From Octopus sinensis (lineage: Eukaryota), in NCBI RefSeq assembly GCF_006345805.1, contig NC_042998.1, positions 101,804,001-101,868,000 on the forward strand: DNA of 64,000 nucleotides. Reading direction: 5' to 3'. The first letter of the stretch is position 1. Each line of letters starts with the position of its first letter. This document shows positions 1-11,159 of the stretch, piece by piece. Under the pieces are notes generated by a model that was given only the letters and a program-made list of their open reading frames with translations, did no database searches and had not been told where the DNA came from. The position numbers and the translations under genes were made by a program.

Positions 1-170
1 GATGGCGTTTTTGACAAACACAATGAAAGCTTCTTTACCAATGGGACCCAAGCATTGCAACACCAATGCAAGACGTGTGCAGACTGTATAGAGCACTTTA
101 AAAAGTAAACCTCATTTCGTCACATTCCATGGGAATACCTTAGTCAGCCTATGTACTTTTCAGCTGACTT
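1..170 (+). mobile_element. Mariner-type DNA transposon, 3' end relic (transposase C-terminus plus right TIR region)
   Basis: Reads FDKHNESFFTNGTQALQHQCKTCADCIEHFKK*, a decayed match to the mariner C-terminus (GIxxLxxRWxKCxxxxGDYxEK*). It is followed by a mariner-like terminal segment ending ...acttttcagctgac. Confidence 0.7.
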
Positions 171-2289
171 GACGTGATAAGGAAGTAACTTGGCTGGTTA
201 CTTCGGACGAAGTAGGACTCACTCATTAATGACGTTTTAAGTGATGTCTGTAACCTTAGAAAAGAGAAATGGAAGTAGAGACCACAGGTTGTTGGGCTGT
301 AACTTGAGAACATGTATTCTGGCATATTCACTAATATTTCGTTATGGTTAAGAGGTCTATAGCTTCTTTGGTTGCTGTCGTAAATTTTGTGAGGTCTGCT
401 TAGGATTTGCTGTTGTTGGTGTTGTTGAGTTTCAAAGAAGACTTCATTAAGCAATCCTTTCATCGAAAGCAGTTAAATCCTGACCATGAGACAGTCCGAA
501 ATGTACACAAGAGGGCTTTGTTCAATGTCTCTGTTTCTTGTCTGTGGAACTTAAGTTGTGATTTGTTGGAGATTAGGGTAATGGAGCCAGCAAAGAAAGG
601 TGATCATAGAGACGCTCTATTTTTGGTTCATTTTCAAGCTGTATGCATCTTATTATTTTTTAGGGCTGTAGAACATACCCGGAAGGTAATCTTCCTATAC
701 GGCTTTTATATCATATTCAATTCTTTAATCACATTTCAGCCTTCACTAAGTAGAGCTATGATTCACGGCATTGCAGCCGTGATTATCCAAATTTAAAACT
801 AAATTAAAACGTATCCAGAGCACATCATCGCATGTGTATTAATTTCTTACCGTTCGGACAGGCGCTCATAAAAATGTGGTAGTAAGTGTATCAGATAGAA
901 CTGCAATATAGCAGATTCTCCAAGGGCCCTTTTCACTGGAATAACAATGTGGTTGAATGATTTCTCTTTCAGTATATGTGTAAGTTTTGTAATGAGTGTT
1001 CCCTATATGCGTGAGTATCTTAGTGTCTTTATTTGTATAGAGTAAACATTGAAATTTGGTTTTCTTTTTCATGTTTTGCGTTTATCTTGACTTACTCATT
1101 GAGCAGACCTATGACCAGTGACATTACAATAATTGGTCTACAGCTTTTGCCTTGTCCCTCTGTTATCTTAACATTATTTCAGCCGTAAACTTCATGGCTC
1201 TCAGTAAAATTGAATTTTAAAATATTTTTTTGTTTATAAGACGTCAATGTATAACTGAGGGGAGCTGACATTTGATTCGAGAAAAGAGAGAAAGAACGCG
1301 TACGCTCTTGTTATTGCTTTTTGTTGTTGTCGTTTCTGATTGTAAAGAACACTGTGTGGTTATTATCGTTCTGCTTGTTCATGGTAATCGCAGATATAAT
1401 ATTAGAAAGGATATCAAAATCACTTTCTATAATTGTCAACTTTGTTGTTGTTATGGTTAAGCGCTACAATAAATCACTTACAGTGAACTTATGATTTAAA
1501 ACAAGATTCAAGTCGTGAGTATTTCTTCCTTTTAGGAGGTGTATATAACTACATGATTTAATCTGTTCTTTATTTAAGATCGTGGGAAGTTAGTGAAGCG
1601 AGATTTGGTTGCCATTTTTGTAAAAGGAAGTCGAAAACAATGAAAAATCTGCGTTGGTTCTCGCTTTTGTTGCATGCTACTGTTGTCTAGACCTGAGTTC
1701 TTTTTATGATGTTATGTTCTCAGTTGGAGGAGATCTGGTATTCGTGCTGTTACTGTTTAGTAACCTCAGGTCAAACGTGATTAAGCGAATCACAATGATA
1801 ATTCTTCTTTAACCTATTCTCTCAGATCGAAAATGCTCGAAGTGAAGAGCAAAATAAGATCACGATGACCAGGATACTAAATCGTGTCTCGGTGTGATCT
1901 TAGTTGGAGTCCATAACCTCATTCTTTCTATAAAAGATTCACACTTTTTGAGATATCACTAAATTAAATCAAAAGTGCTAATATGTTTGAGTGAACATAT
2001 TTCCGTAAGAACGCAACACTCAACCTATAAACAAATTTATCTAGTACCAACTAATGTTGCTTGGGATGGAATATAGTCGATGTATTAATCACGATATTGA
2101 CTTGCACCTCTTTGCCGAATTTCCTGGTGTACTAGAAGTGAGAAGAGGTTACATTTTGTAATATTTTAAGGTTGTCTACCCAGAATTGCCCCCTATATTA
2201 AGTATTCTTACTTTAGAACTTATGCAGATGAATACATTAAACAGGGTTTGAAATATAGTTACGGCCTTCACTAATCATTGCTTTGTCTA

Positions 2290-2427
2290 CTCTCAAGCAT
2301 ATAATAAAAATAATTATAATAATAATAATAAATAATAATAATAATAATGATAATTATTATTATTATTGTTGTTGTTGTTGTTGTTATTATTATTATTATC
2401 ATTATTATCATTATCTTTATTATCATT

Positions 2428-2500
<73 letters not shown>
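2290..2500. repeat. Compound microsatellite (TAA)n/(TTG)n/(TTA)n
   Basis: Directly visible; explains the poly-I/N/Y ORFs. Confidence 0.98.
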
Positions 2501-2504
<4 letters not shown>

Positions 2505-2505
<1 letters not shown>

Positions 2506-3045
2506 TTGACTTTTGCTTTGTATTTGTACGTGTTGACTCCAAGTCTCACCCGGGGAACTTAAGAGACAAGTTAAAAGTTCAAATTGGTGCTATGACTACG
2601 GCATCATATATTTGGTCTTGTACAAAGTAGTTTGAGAAAACAAGAAAATTATAAGTTTGTTTTAAAATTTTAGATTACAGAGACAGTATTTTACGTAGGA
2701 TATGGAAAGTTCCCATGAGCACTACTTTTTGAATTTCTTCCATTTTTGGGATTTCCTGGTATCTGAACTAGGTAGAAATCAATCCATTTTTCTATCATTC
2801 CTAGGGCACCTATGACATAAGGTATTGTTTTAGTCTTGAGGTTCCATATTTTGCCAATTTCTATTTCAAGATATTTATACTTGCTCAGTTATTGGTAGGT
2901 CCTGACAGATACATTTATGTCGATTGGGACAGTCATATCAATAAGGAGCAATTAATTTTGTCTGAAGTTTTTCAATGTAATGTCTGACCTATTCGTATCT
3001 ATCTTTCTGTCAGTTTGAATAGTGAAGTTCTAGAGGAGTGAGATT
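2505..3045 (-). mobile_element. R4/Dong-type non-LTR retrotransposon, 5'-truncated 3' end (RLE domain plus 3' UTR)
   Basis: Minus strand gives decayed ..NRSDITLK..LLIDMTVPIDINVSVRTYQ*LSKYKYLEIEIGKIWNLKTKTIP..GAL.., the PD-(D/E)xK restriction-like endonuclease tail. Its 3' end abuts the (TAA)n tract. Confidence 0.8.
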
Positions 3046-3052
3046 ATTATTA

Positions 3053-3521
3053 TTGAGTGAGAGAGCAGTGCATGCCATCAGAGTGACACTGGGGTAAAAT
3101 ATACGAAGCCCAGTATACACATCATGACTACCTGTCTGATAAGGATACAGTAGGCACATGCATCACAACCAAATGTGCGCTATATGATGATCTTATATCA
3201 AGATAAACAGCACATGACCTTGCAGGTGGGGCCCAGTTAGAATTTTCTTCTGGTCGAGTAACCCATCCCACCCAAAAGGTCCCTGAATAAGACTTGTTTA
3301 AGGATGTTGAACGAAGCACACATGTTTCCAGAGGTGAATTATTCAAACCCCAAAGAATCCCTATGAACACATGGCTATGATGTTCCCCACTACTTCTGCT
3401 CGTCATCAGAGATGTACATATCGTCAGCCACTAAGGGACATGCTCAACTGGTTAAGGTCAAGCAACTGACAAGCAAATCTGTGGCATTGAGCAGAATGTT
3501 TGCTGTAGCCCATCTTTTATA
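3053..3521 (+). mobile_element. Non-coding (TAA)n-associated dispersed repeat, copy 1 of 5
   Basis: Alignable to 14294-14841, 35623-35776, 35963-36176 and 44175-44620 (inverted). Flanked by TTA repeats. Confidence 0.85.
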
Positions 3522-3525
3522 GTGC

Positions 3526-3603
<78 letters not shown>

Positions 3604-3641
3604 CATCATCATCATCATCATTATTATTAATATTATTATCT

Positions 3642-4437
3642 ATTAGCGGGGACGTGCGACAACGTTCTCGGGGAATCTACGGACGCCGACGAGAACGAAC
3701 TGGCTAGTCTGTTGTGGAGGACTTTCCGGGTCGGGAACTATCATGGATAATTTCCAAATGTCCTTGGCCTGACAGTGCTACCGGGGGTCACTACCGGTTC
3801 GAGATAAATTCTATAGGGACGGATGTCCTGTCAGACGGACTTGTTCGAGGTGTGTGCAATATGATGAAGCCGTTCTGCACGCCCCCGTTCGGTGTCTGGG
3901 GATTGTTGGTTTGTGGGGTTGTTTTCCTTTACTTTGTGACTCTGGTGAAAGAGGTTGTTTGGTAGACAAGGCTGAAAGGCAGGAGGAAAGATTCATTCCT
4001 CTTTGGTAGATCTCTCACCGACTTTTTCAAGTTTCACTTGAAAAGGAAATTGAGAGTAGAGAGGGACGTGCTATCCTCGAGTAAGTTTATTGAAAAGTGG
4101 GCTGCGGATGCGAAAAGGGCAAGAGAGGACGGTACCTCTCTAAGTGTAGACATATGAGTCGGAGAGAAGGAATTGAAGAGGGCGCTTGCACTTAAGGTCT
4201 CAAGGAAATCTCAGACAGTGGCGTTCCTCGATTTCCCTACAGGCTTTCCTGTATCAGGAGGGCCACATCTCTATCCTTCTCCCCGCTTTTTTTAACCTTT
4301 GTATGCTATGCATATGTCACTTCTTTTTCTGTGTATACCGTGTACACTTACCATTTTTTTAATCATTTCATTATTATATGTAAACCCCCAGATTTCATGT
4401 CTGTCTCTGTATTGACCCCCTCATCCTTCGTTGATAT

Positions 4438-4495
<58 letters not shown>
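3642..4495 (+). mobile_element. Tx1/L1-clade LINE 3' fragment with (ACT)n tail
   Basis: SLA*QCYRGSLPVRDKFYRDGCPVRRTCSRCVQYDEAVLHAPVRC contains a C-X2-C-X8-H-X4-C knuckle, followed by FFKFHLKRKLRVERDVL. Homologous to 11160-12735. (ACT)n at 4437-4495; 5' end abuts (TTA/TCA)n. Confidence 0.75.
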
Positions 4496-4496
<1 letters not shown>

Positions 4497-5619
4497 AGAT
4501 GTTTATGTTGTGTATATAATGATGTGAAACAGTGATGTATTTACAGCTTTGATCTTACCTTTTTATTATCATACACAGTGAACCAATTATCATTTATACT
4601 ATTTTTACTCTCATACACCACACATTTCATATTTCTAATTTACGTTCTCTTTACTTTCATAATCTTGGAAACTACTGTATGACAATATTAGGAACGAGAT
4701 GTATATATATATATATATAGATATCAATACAAATGTTTCCATTTGGTTTTCATTAAGATAGTTGGGCAGCACACGTTTTAAGTTTGTGTAGCCATTTTAC
4801 AGAATATTCTTTTACAGATTTTGTGATATAGGGAATTTGATGATTTCTTATAGCATTTACTTATTGTTATTTTGAGATGTCTGGTTATTGGACTTTAGAT
4901 AATTACTGACACACGCGCGTGTATAAGTATATTCCGTCTTTGTGAGTACATTAAAAGTGGAATGGGGTAGTCAATATTCTCTTATTTCATCAGCTTATCT
5001 GCTGATGAAGTAAACTTATTAATTCTTTCTGATAGATTTTTTTTAATTATGTGGCTCAGCATTGATTTGAAGTGCTTAAAATTATGCTTACCATTAGTAC
5101 CTTTATTCTAGATGCATAAAAAAAAAACTTTTCGCTGCCATATTTGTTGAATTGCACTTTGTCCGGGCATGATTTCGCTTCGGTCATATCCTATTTTATG
5201 GAAATCAAATTTATTTTCTAATTTTTTAATCAATTCTATTGAACTCTCTTTATTTGTACGTTTCGCCATCCACTGAGCTTGTAGTATTTACATACCTCCT
5301 ATGTTAGAAATAGAAAATAGTGCTCAGTTCTTTCATATTTCTGTATTTCTCAGATAAGTCTTCCTGTAATATTTTCTAAGTAATTTTAAAAAGTATACTT
5401 ATATTTAAATAGTTCACTCTTTGTATGAGGTATTTTCTTCATCGTGCGCATTTTATATGTTTCAGTTCAATCGCTTGGGTTGTACTGGTATGCATTGCGA
5501 TGAACAGCTTTATGTTTTCCGTTCACCAAATGTCCAATGTGTTGCTCCACCAGCTGTAATTTACTGTAATTTACTCTGGTTACATTCTTAATTCAGGGAA
5601 TGAGTTCAACTTTATATAT

Positions 5620-5667
<48 letters not shown>

Positions 5668-5693
5668 ATAGGATTAGCTCGTATACGAGTAGG

Positions 5694-6476
5694 TATATAT
5701 TTGTAAAAAATGAAGTTCGAAAATGCTGCTGTATTATACAATTTTTAATTTTTATATATACATTATAACATGTTTCAGTTTCTGAAATGAACCTTATCAA
5801 AAAAAGTTATATATATAAAAAAAAAAAAAAAGACAGCTCATGCCGTCAAACACAAGAAATTCATTTATAATACACAACGGAGTCAGACATCTTAGAGTTC
5901 ATGTATAGTTGATATATAGTTCATGTATAGTTGATATATAGTTTGAAGTATATGTTCAAAGTGTTCGATGCAGTGGCCCACGGTGGCGATACGTATTCAA
6001 TACAAAAAACAGATCAAAGTGGTGGAAAGCGGTCAATACAGAAGATTGATGTTTCCGAAAGAGCGAGGAATTCATTTTTACCTTAAGCAATTGTGATGAC
6101 CCATGGTGGAAGTTCGCTGGGTGGTTCTAGTGAGTTTTTGTGAAATGCTCGATTTTATAATGCCTGTTAGGTGGTCAATCTAGCGTAGCCTGACGTCATC
6201 AATGTTTTGACCAATCGTTTCGTTAGGTGGCTTTAATCAAGTAGAACGGGACGTCATCATTATTTTGACCAATCGCTGCATTATAACTCCCTCTTGTTTG
6301 TTTCCCGTTTTGACCAGTCGCTTCGTTAGTCAAGTAGAACGGGACGTCATCATTATTTTGACCAATCGCTGCATTATATCTGCCTCTTGTTTGTTTCCTG
6401 TTTTGACCAGTCGCTTCGTTAGTCAAGCAGGAAACAAGCAGGAAAAATACAGCAGCATTTTCGAACTTCATTTTTT

Positions 6477-6487
<11 letters not shown>
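5694..6487. mobile_element. Foldback/MITE-like element with perfect 35-bp inverted ends (42 bp including TA), set in (TA)n
   Basis: 5701-5735 ttgtaaaaaatgaagttcgaaaatgctgctgtatt is the exact reverse complement of 6446-6480. Confidence 0.75.
6237..6422. repeat. 93-bp tandem repeat (2 copies plus a diverged partial copy at about 6190-6236)
   Basis: Units 6237-6329 and 6330-6422 are near identical. Sub-repeat ttttgacca(a/g)tcg occurs 5 times. Confidence 0.9.
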
Positions 6488-6538
<51 letters not shown>

Positions 6539-6685
6539 TATATAATTAGGGTTCAGCAACGATTTGCTTCACCACACACCGAAGTTTAGAAATAGCAGTC
6601 AAAAATCTTAACTATTCCTTCTACTTTAAAGGGAGTTCCTCCAAAAAAACCAAAGCACTTGAAAACAAACCACGCAGGCAAAAAG

Positions 6686-6745
<60 letters not shown>

Positions 6746-6774
6746 TATATATATATACATGCTTACATACTTAC

Positions 6775-6821
<47 letters not shown>

Positions 6822-7087
6822 CTGGATTTTGCTAAGCCATTCAGCGATGGAGTAGTCACTCTCCACCATGCAATTTTACAGACGAAGCTAGTCTAGTCCA
6901 GTAATTGAGCTTCGCTCATGGGGTGGTTATCTCCCCTTTCAGTATATCTAAATGCGTCACCTTGCTATTCTTAGGGATTTAACTGTTGTTTATAGCAATG
7001 TAGGCGCTACCCAGCGCCCTCAATCAAAATTAATGACGACTGAATTTTTAGTTTTTGATTTTATTTTGTGTATACCTACTTACGTCA

Positions 7088-7126
<39 letters not shown>

Positions 7127-7258
7127 TTTTGTATCAGCAGCTTATATTTGCTGCGGAGTAGATGGCGCGATTACGGTGAATTCGAAAATTTACGATATAT
7201 AGACCCGAGGCTTAGATGGTGTAGCCTCGTGTATATATATCTGCTTCCTATTTTGGTG

Positions 7259-7354
7259 ACTTTGCTGACGAGACAAGCCAAGCGTAAACGGATTTAATTT
7301 AATTTAATTAAATTTGATTGCGTGAAGATGTTGAAACCTTGCAGGGTACAAAGT
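7259..7354 (+). ncRNA. Type I hammerhead ribozyme with canonical catalytic core
   Basis: Stem I ACTTTG(7259-64)/CAAAGT(7349-54); CTGACGA(7265-71); stem II GACA/TGTT with a long internal stem-loop; GAA-A(7333-36); stem III ACCT-[TGCA]-GGGT; cleavage triplet GUA (predicted cut after 7348). Folded by hand. Confidence 0.75.
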
Positions 7355-7480
7355 TTGAAGGGGATAAATGTTTTTTATTTTCCTCTAGTTTCAGAATTAC
7401 TACTATTTTTGCGGTTTTGAGTTTTAGCTGCTCTTTTCAAGTGAGTCGAACGACCTTCTCAGGGTCATTCCTTAATATTT

Positions 7481-7531
<51 letters not shown>

Positions 7532-7554
7532 TATATATACTCTTCCAAGCACTC

Positions 7555-8280
7555 GTTACTGATTTTCTCCTTAATTTCTTTATTTTGTATTGTATCAGCT
7601 CTATTTACTCGTAAGTACACATATGAGAGAGATCTATGTTTTGGGAGTCTAATTCTAACAGTATTTTGAGTTGGATGTTGTAATTCATATTTTCTTTAAT
7701 TGCTAGGGTTAGTTTGTTTAATATTATGTGAATTTGATTTTACTCTTCAATAAAAATTAAATGTTGAGTTGATACTCGCCATTGAGGTGTTTGCTTTCCA
7801 GTATAGTGTCAACTGATGTATATTGAAAAACTTATAGTTTATGGATATCATTGGTAAGTATTAATAGTCTTTTTTTTATACTTCCATCTGTGGAACCAGA
7901 GATAGACAGCATTATTGGGAATAAGAAATTTCTTTGAAAAATTCCTTCTTTTTTAAGGGAAAGTACTGATTCAAGTCATACTGCAGAGTTAAATGACATT
8001 CTTCAATTTGACAGACTAAGGCTGCTATAGTATCGCACAATTGTGCGTATGTGGGTGTGCTTTCTTTACGCAGTATTTGTCCTGTATTCAATATCCAGAA
8101 ATTCTATAGAAAGCTTTTCGGCAATCGATTCATGCCATGTTGAGAGATTTGTTTTCTACCTTGATATCTCTTACAACTATTCGTTTATCAAACGCTATCA
8201 GAATGATAATCCTTTCATACATCTTTCTTGGTTCTGTAGTAAGGTATTATTATCTTTCAGATGAGTAGCTAGCCTACTGG
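7555..8280 (-). mobile_element. Highly decayed R4/Dong-type RT fragment
   Basis: Minus-strand remnants NKSLNMA*IDCRKAF (cf. NLxMAWIDYxKAYD) and KEGIFQRNFLFP (cf. RGIFQGDSLSP). Confidence 0.5.
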
Positions 8281-11009
8281 AAGGTGTATATGTCAGGGAT
8301 GATTATGGAGTGTCGTATTTATTCTGTGGTCAACCATATTCACATGCATAAGCACATCACTATATATGTATATGATTGTGTGTGTGTGTGTGTATGTGCG
8401 CGTATATGTGTGTGTATGCGTATGTGTGTGTGTGTATGTGTGAGTATGTGTGTGTGCGTATGTAGGTAGGTATGCTATCAGATTTTTTTGTTTTAATCCT
8501 AGCTTCTTGTTATTCCTTTTGGAAATCTATTTAGCTGTATAGTTCAGATACGTATGTCCTGTTTATGTGTTCCAATATCTTTTGTTTGTTGTCCTATTGG
8601 TGTTCAGGTGTAATTCTTTTTATATTTGTTCTAATATCTAATTGACATAACGCCATATCTTTGAGAGTAGCACAAACAATTTTCAAATTCTTGTTCAGTA
8701 AGATTTGTCATAAGCAGACGTTTTACGTTTGTTTTCACTTTCAGGATTTTCGGTTTTATCGCAAGTTCAATATTTCTGATAACATTTCCCGTTATACGTT
8801 ACAGCCTCTACTTCTGTTTCACTTACAGAATATATGACTTCTATTTTCTTGATGTATTATTTTCCCCCTTCTCTTTGTGGAGGGTTTGGGGAAGTAATTA
8901 TATAAGCTATGAGGATAGAACTTGGTTTCCTTCAATGCAACCATGACTACTTGCTAAATTACATTATTCAGAATATCGACATTGAAATTGGTTTCCGTGG
9001 CAAGCATTCTTTGAAAACCTGCTCACATTTTGCTATCAAGTTCATTGCATTATTTGTTGTTTGTCTTCTTGCGCGTTGTAGTTCTTTCTCTTTGGTGATT
9101 TTGATAGGATCAATTTTATTCTATTACGTGTTTTATTTCCTTTCCCGTAATATGCAGGTCCTGGGGTATTTTTTGTTGTCATTAGTTAACCGAATTATTA
9201 TTTCTATTCGACTTGTTTTTAATCCCCTTTCCTAAATTTGTGATATTGTATTTATGTGAATGTCAGCTATCTTCTCTTTATTTGTTTTGTTTGTCGTGTT
9301 GACTTTAATTTACATTTTCTTCATTCTGTTAAAGTATTCCCATTGATTTTAAATGGCTCACTCACTTTGGGAGATTTGTCAGCTTTCGTCGGAGGTGAAA
9401 TCTCATGGTTTTAGTGAGTTTGATGCTTATTGTTATTTGATACTTATTAGTAGACTAAAGTGTATTTCATTGCCATATGTTGTCTGTTTTCTGTTTCTGA
9501 CATATTATATCACATATTATTTTTTCCTAGTGTTAGTCAGTCACATGTTAATCGAAAAACCGATTCATGGAAAGACCAGACCAGTTTTGGTTTTCCTTAT
9601 AAAATGATGGAGAATCGTGATGAACAGGAACGGAAAGTCTAACAGGGGGTGACGCGTCAATTATCGTGCCTGTTGCAGTCATATAATAAACAATTCAAAA
9701 CAAAACATAAAGGACGTTCGGATATTTCCGTGAATTCAATTGGCTTGATTTTATTTCTACCTTTGCATCGTACTATTCTGTTATTGAATGTTAGTTAGAG
9801 TATGGCTGTCCAGCAAGCGTACAGCACTTCCAAGTGGTGTTTGTTGGTCCATCGTTATAAGATGTACTCCCATAGATGATATGTTAACAGTAGAAATAAA
9901 TTTATTCGTTTGTAAAGACCTGAAGAGAAGACGCCGATTCTGTCACTGATTGCAGTGTGGTCAAAGTTACATCCCATCATAATCATTAACCATTATTTAG
10001 AACTTAAGATATTAGGAATTCTTTCACCTGTTGATTATCGCTAGGTAGGTACTGATCAAGCAGATCTGTGATCAAAAGCATTCACATTATACCTAGCTCA
10101 CCTTTCTTTTAAGCACAATGCGCAATAAACAACATTATTTCTTTTATTTAAATTTTGTTTAAATTTTGTTAAGGGGTGCAGTGTGTTGCGTGAGACATAT
10201 TTGATTGATATATTTTACATGATGAGTGACTACGTAGATGAGCCACTGCTCGCTCTCGTGACTCAGAATTTGTTATTTTGATGTTTGTATTTTCGGATGT
10301 GCTTAGCACATTGTATAACGTTGGTTCTAATATTGTGTAACTCTAGGTCACTTCTCATTGATCTGAGTCACTGATCAAATTCATTCCACCTTTGGACATT
10401 TCATCCTTTCGTTTATAGTACTACATTGTTCACTATATACCGCCAGTTTTAAGAAGATGGTGTTCCAGTTGAGAGAAGCTGGCTGCTGTTCCTAGCAGGG
10501 TGAGTGGCCGTGTAAACAATCCCTCACTGATTTCTTTCAATTTATATAGGTGTTATATTGCTTTGCTTTTTGGCGTCTCTGTCCTGCTACTAATGAGGAG
10601 TTGGTTGCACTTTAAATAGTCATTTGTCATTGTAAATAAAGTTTCATGCTGAATAAAGAATAATAAAACATATAAGCATTGCTTGAAGTTCATGAGGACG
10701 GGTAATATCACTGTCTGTATGGCTTAGTAATTTTATTTGTACTTTAACTGATAGGAAATATTTGTATCTTTTCAAATGGAATGTGAAGTTTCAGAATACG
10801 TGTTATAGTTCTTTATTCCAAGAATTATTCCTGATCAAGCAGGCTTATGATCAAGGGCCAATTTTTTTGAGAAAGATCTCTTAACAGATCTTTTGAAAAA
10901 CAATGGTTCCGTTTTTGACAACGTTGTTCGAAATAAATACAACAATTTCGAAAATGTAAACAATAAGTGTATTTTCGTGTGCGAAGCGACGGATGATGCG
11001 TGTATAAGT

Positions 11010-11155
11010 AACGACAACAACAGAAACAATAGTAACAACAATAGCAAGAACAACAGCAACAACAATGACAGCAGCAGTAGCAACAACAACAACAACAACA
11101 ACAATAGCAGTAGCAAAAACAACAACAATAATAAGAATAACAACAACTATAAAAA
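11010..11155. repeat. (AAC/AGC/AAT)n microsatellite
   Basis: Directly visible. Confidence 0.95.
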
Positions 11156-11159
11156 CAAC

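Noticed and set aside
149-1072. ORFs 149-463, 407-796, 866-1072 and a possible minus-strand exon ending CG|gtaag at 851
   Set aside because: No recognisable domain, weak acceptor, and a putative 52-nt intron leading almost at once to a stop. Not supportable.
4985-5030. CTGATGA in a 9-bp hairpin (ttcatcagc/gctgatgaa) as a hammerhead
   Set aside because: No GAAA or stem III downstream.
6223-6471. Host gene for a secreted repeat peptide
   Set aside because: The start lies within an inverted repeat that is duplicated at 5701, and the repeats are DNA tandem repeats of a mobile unit. Kept only as a finding.
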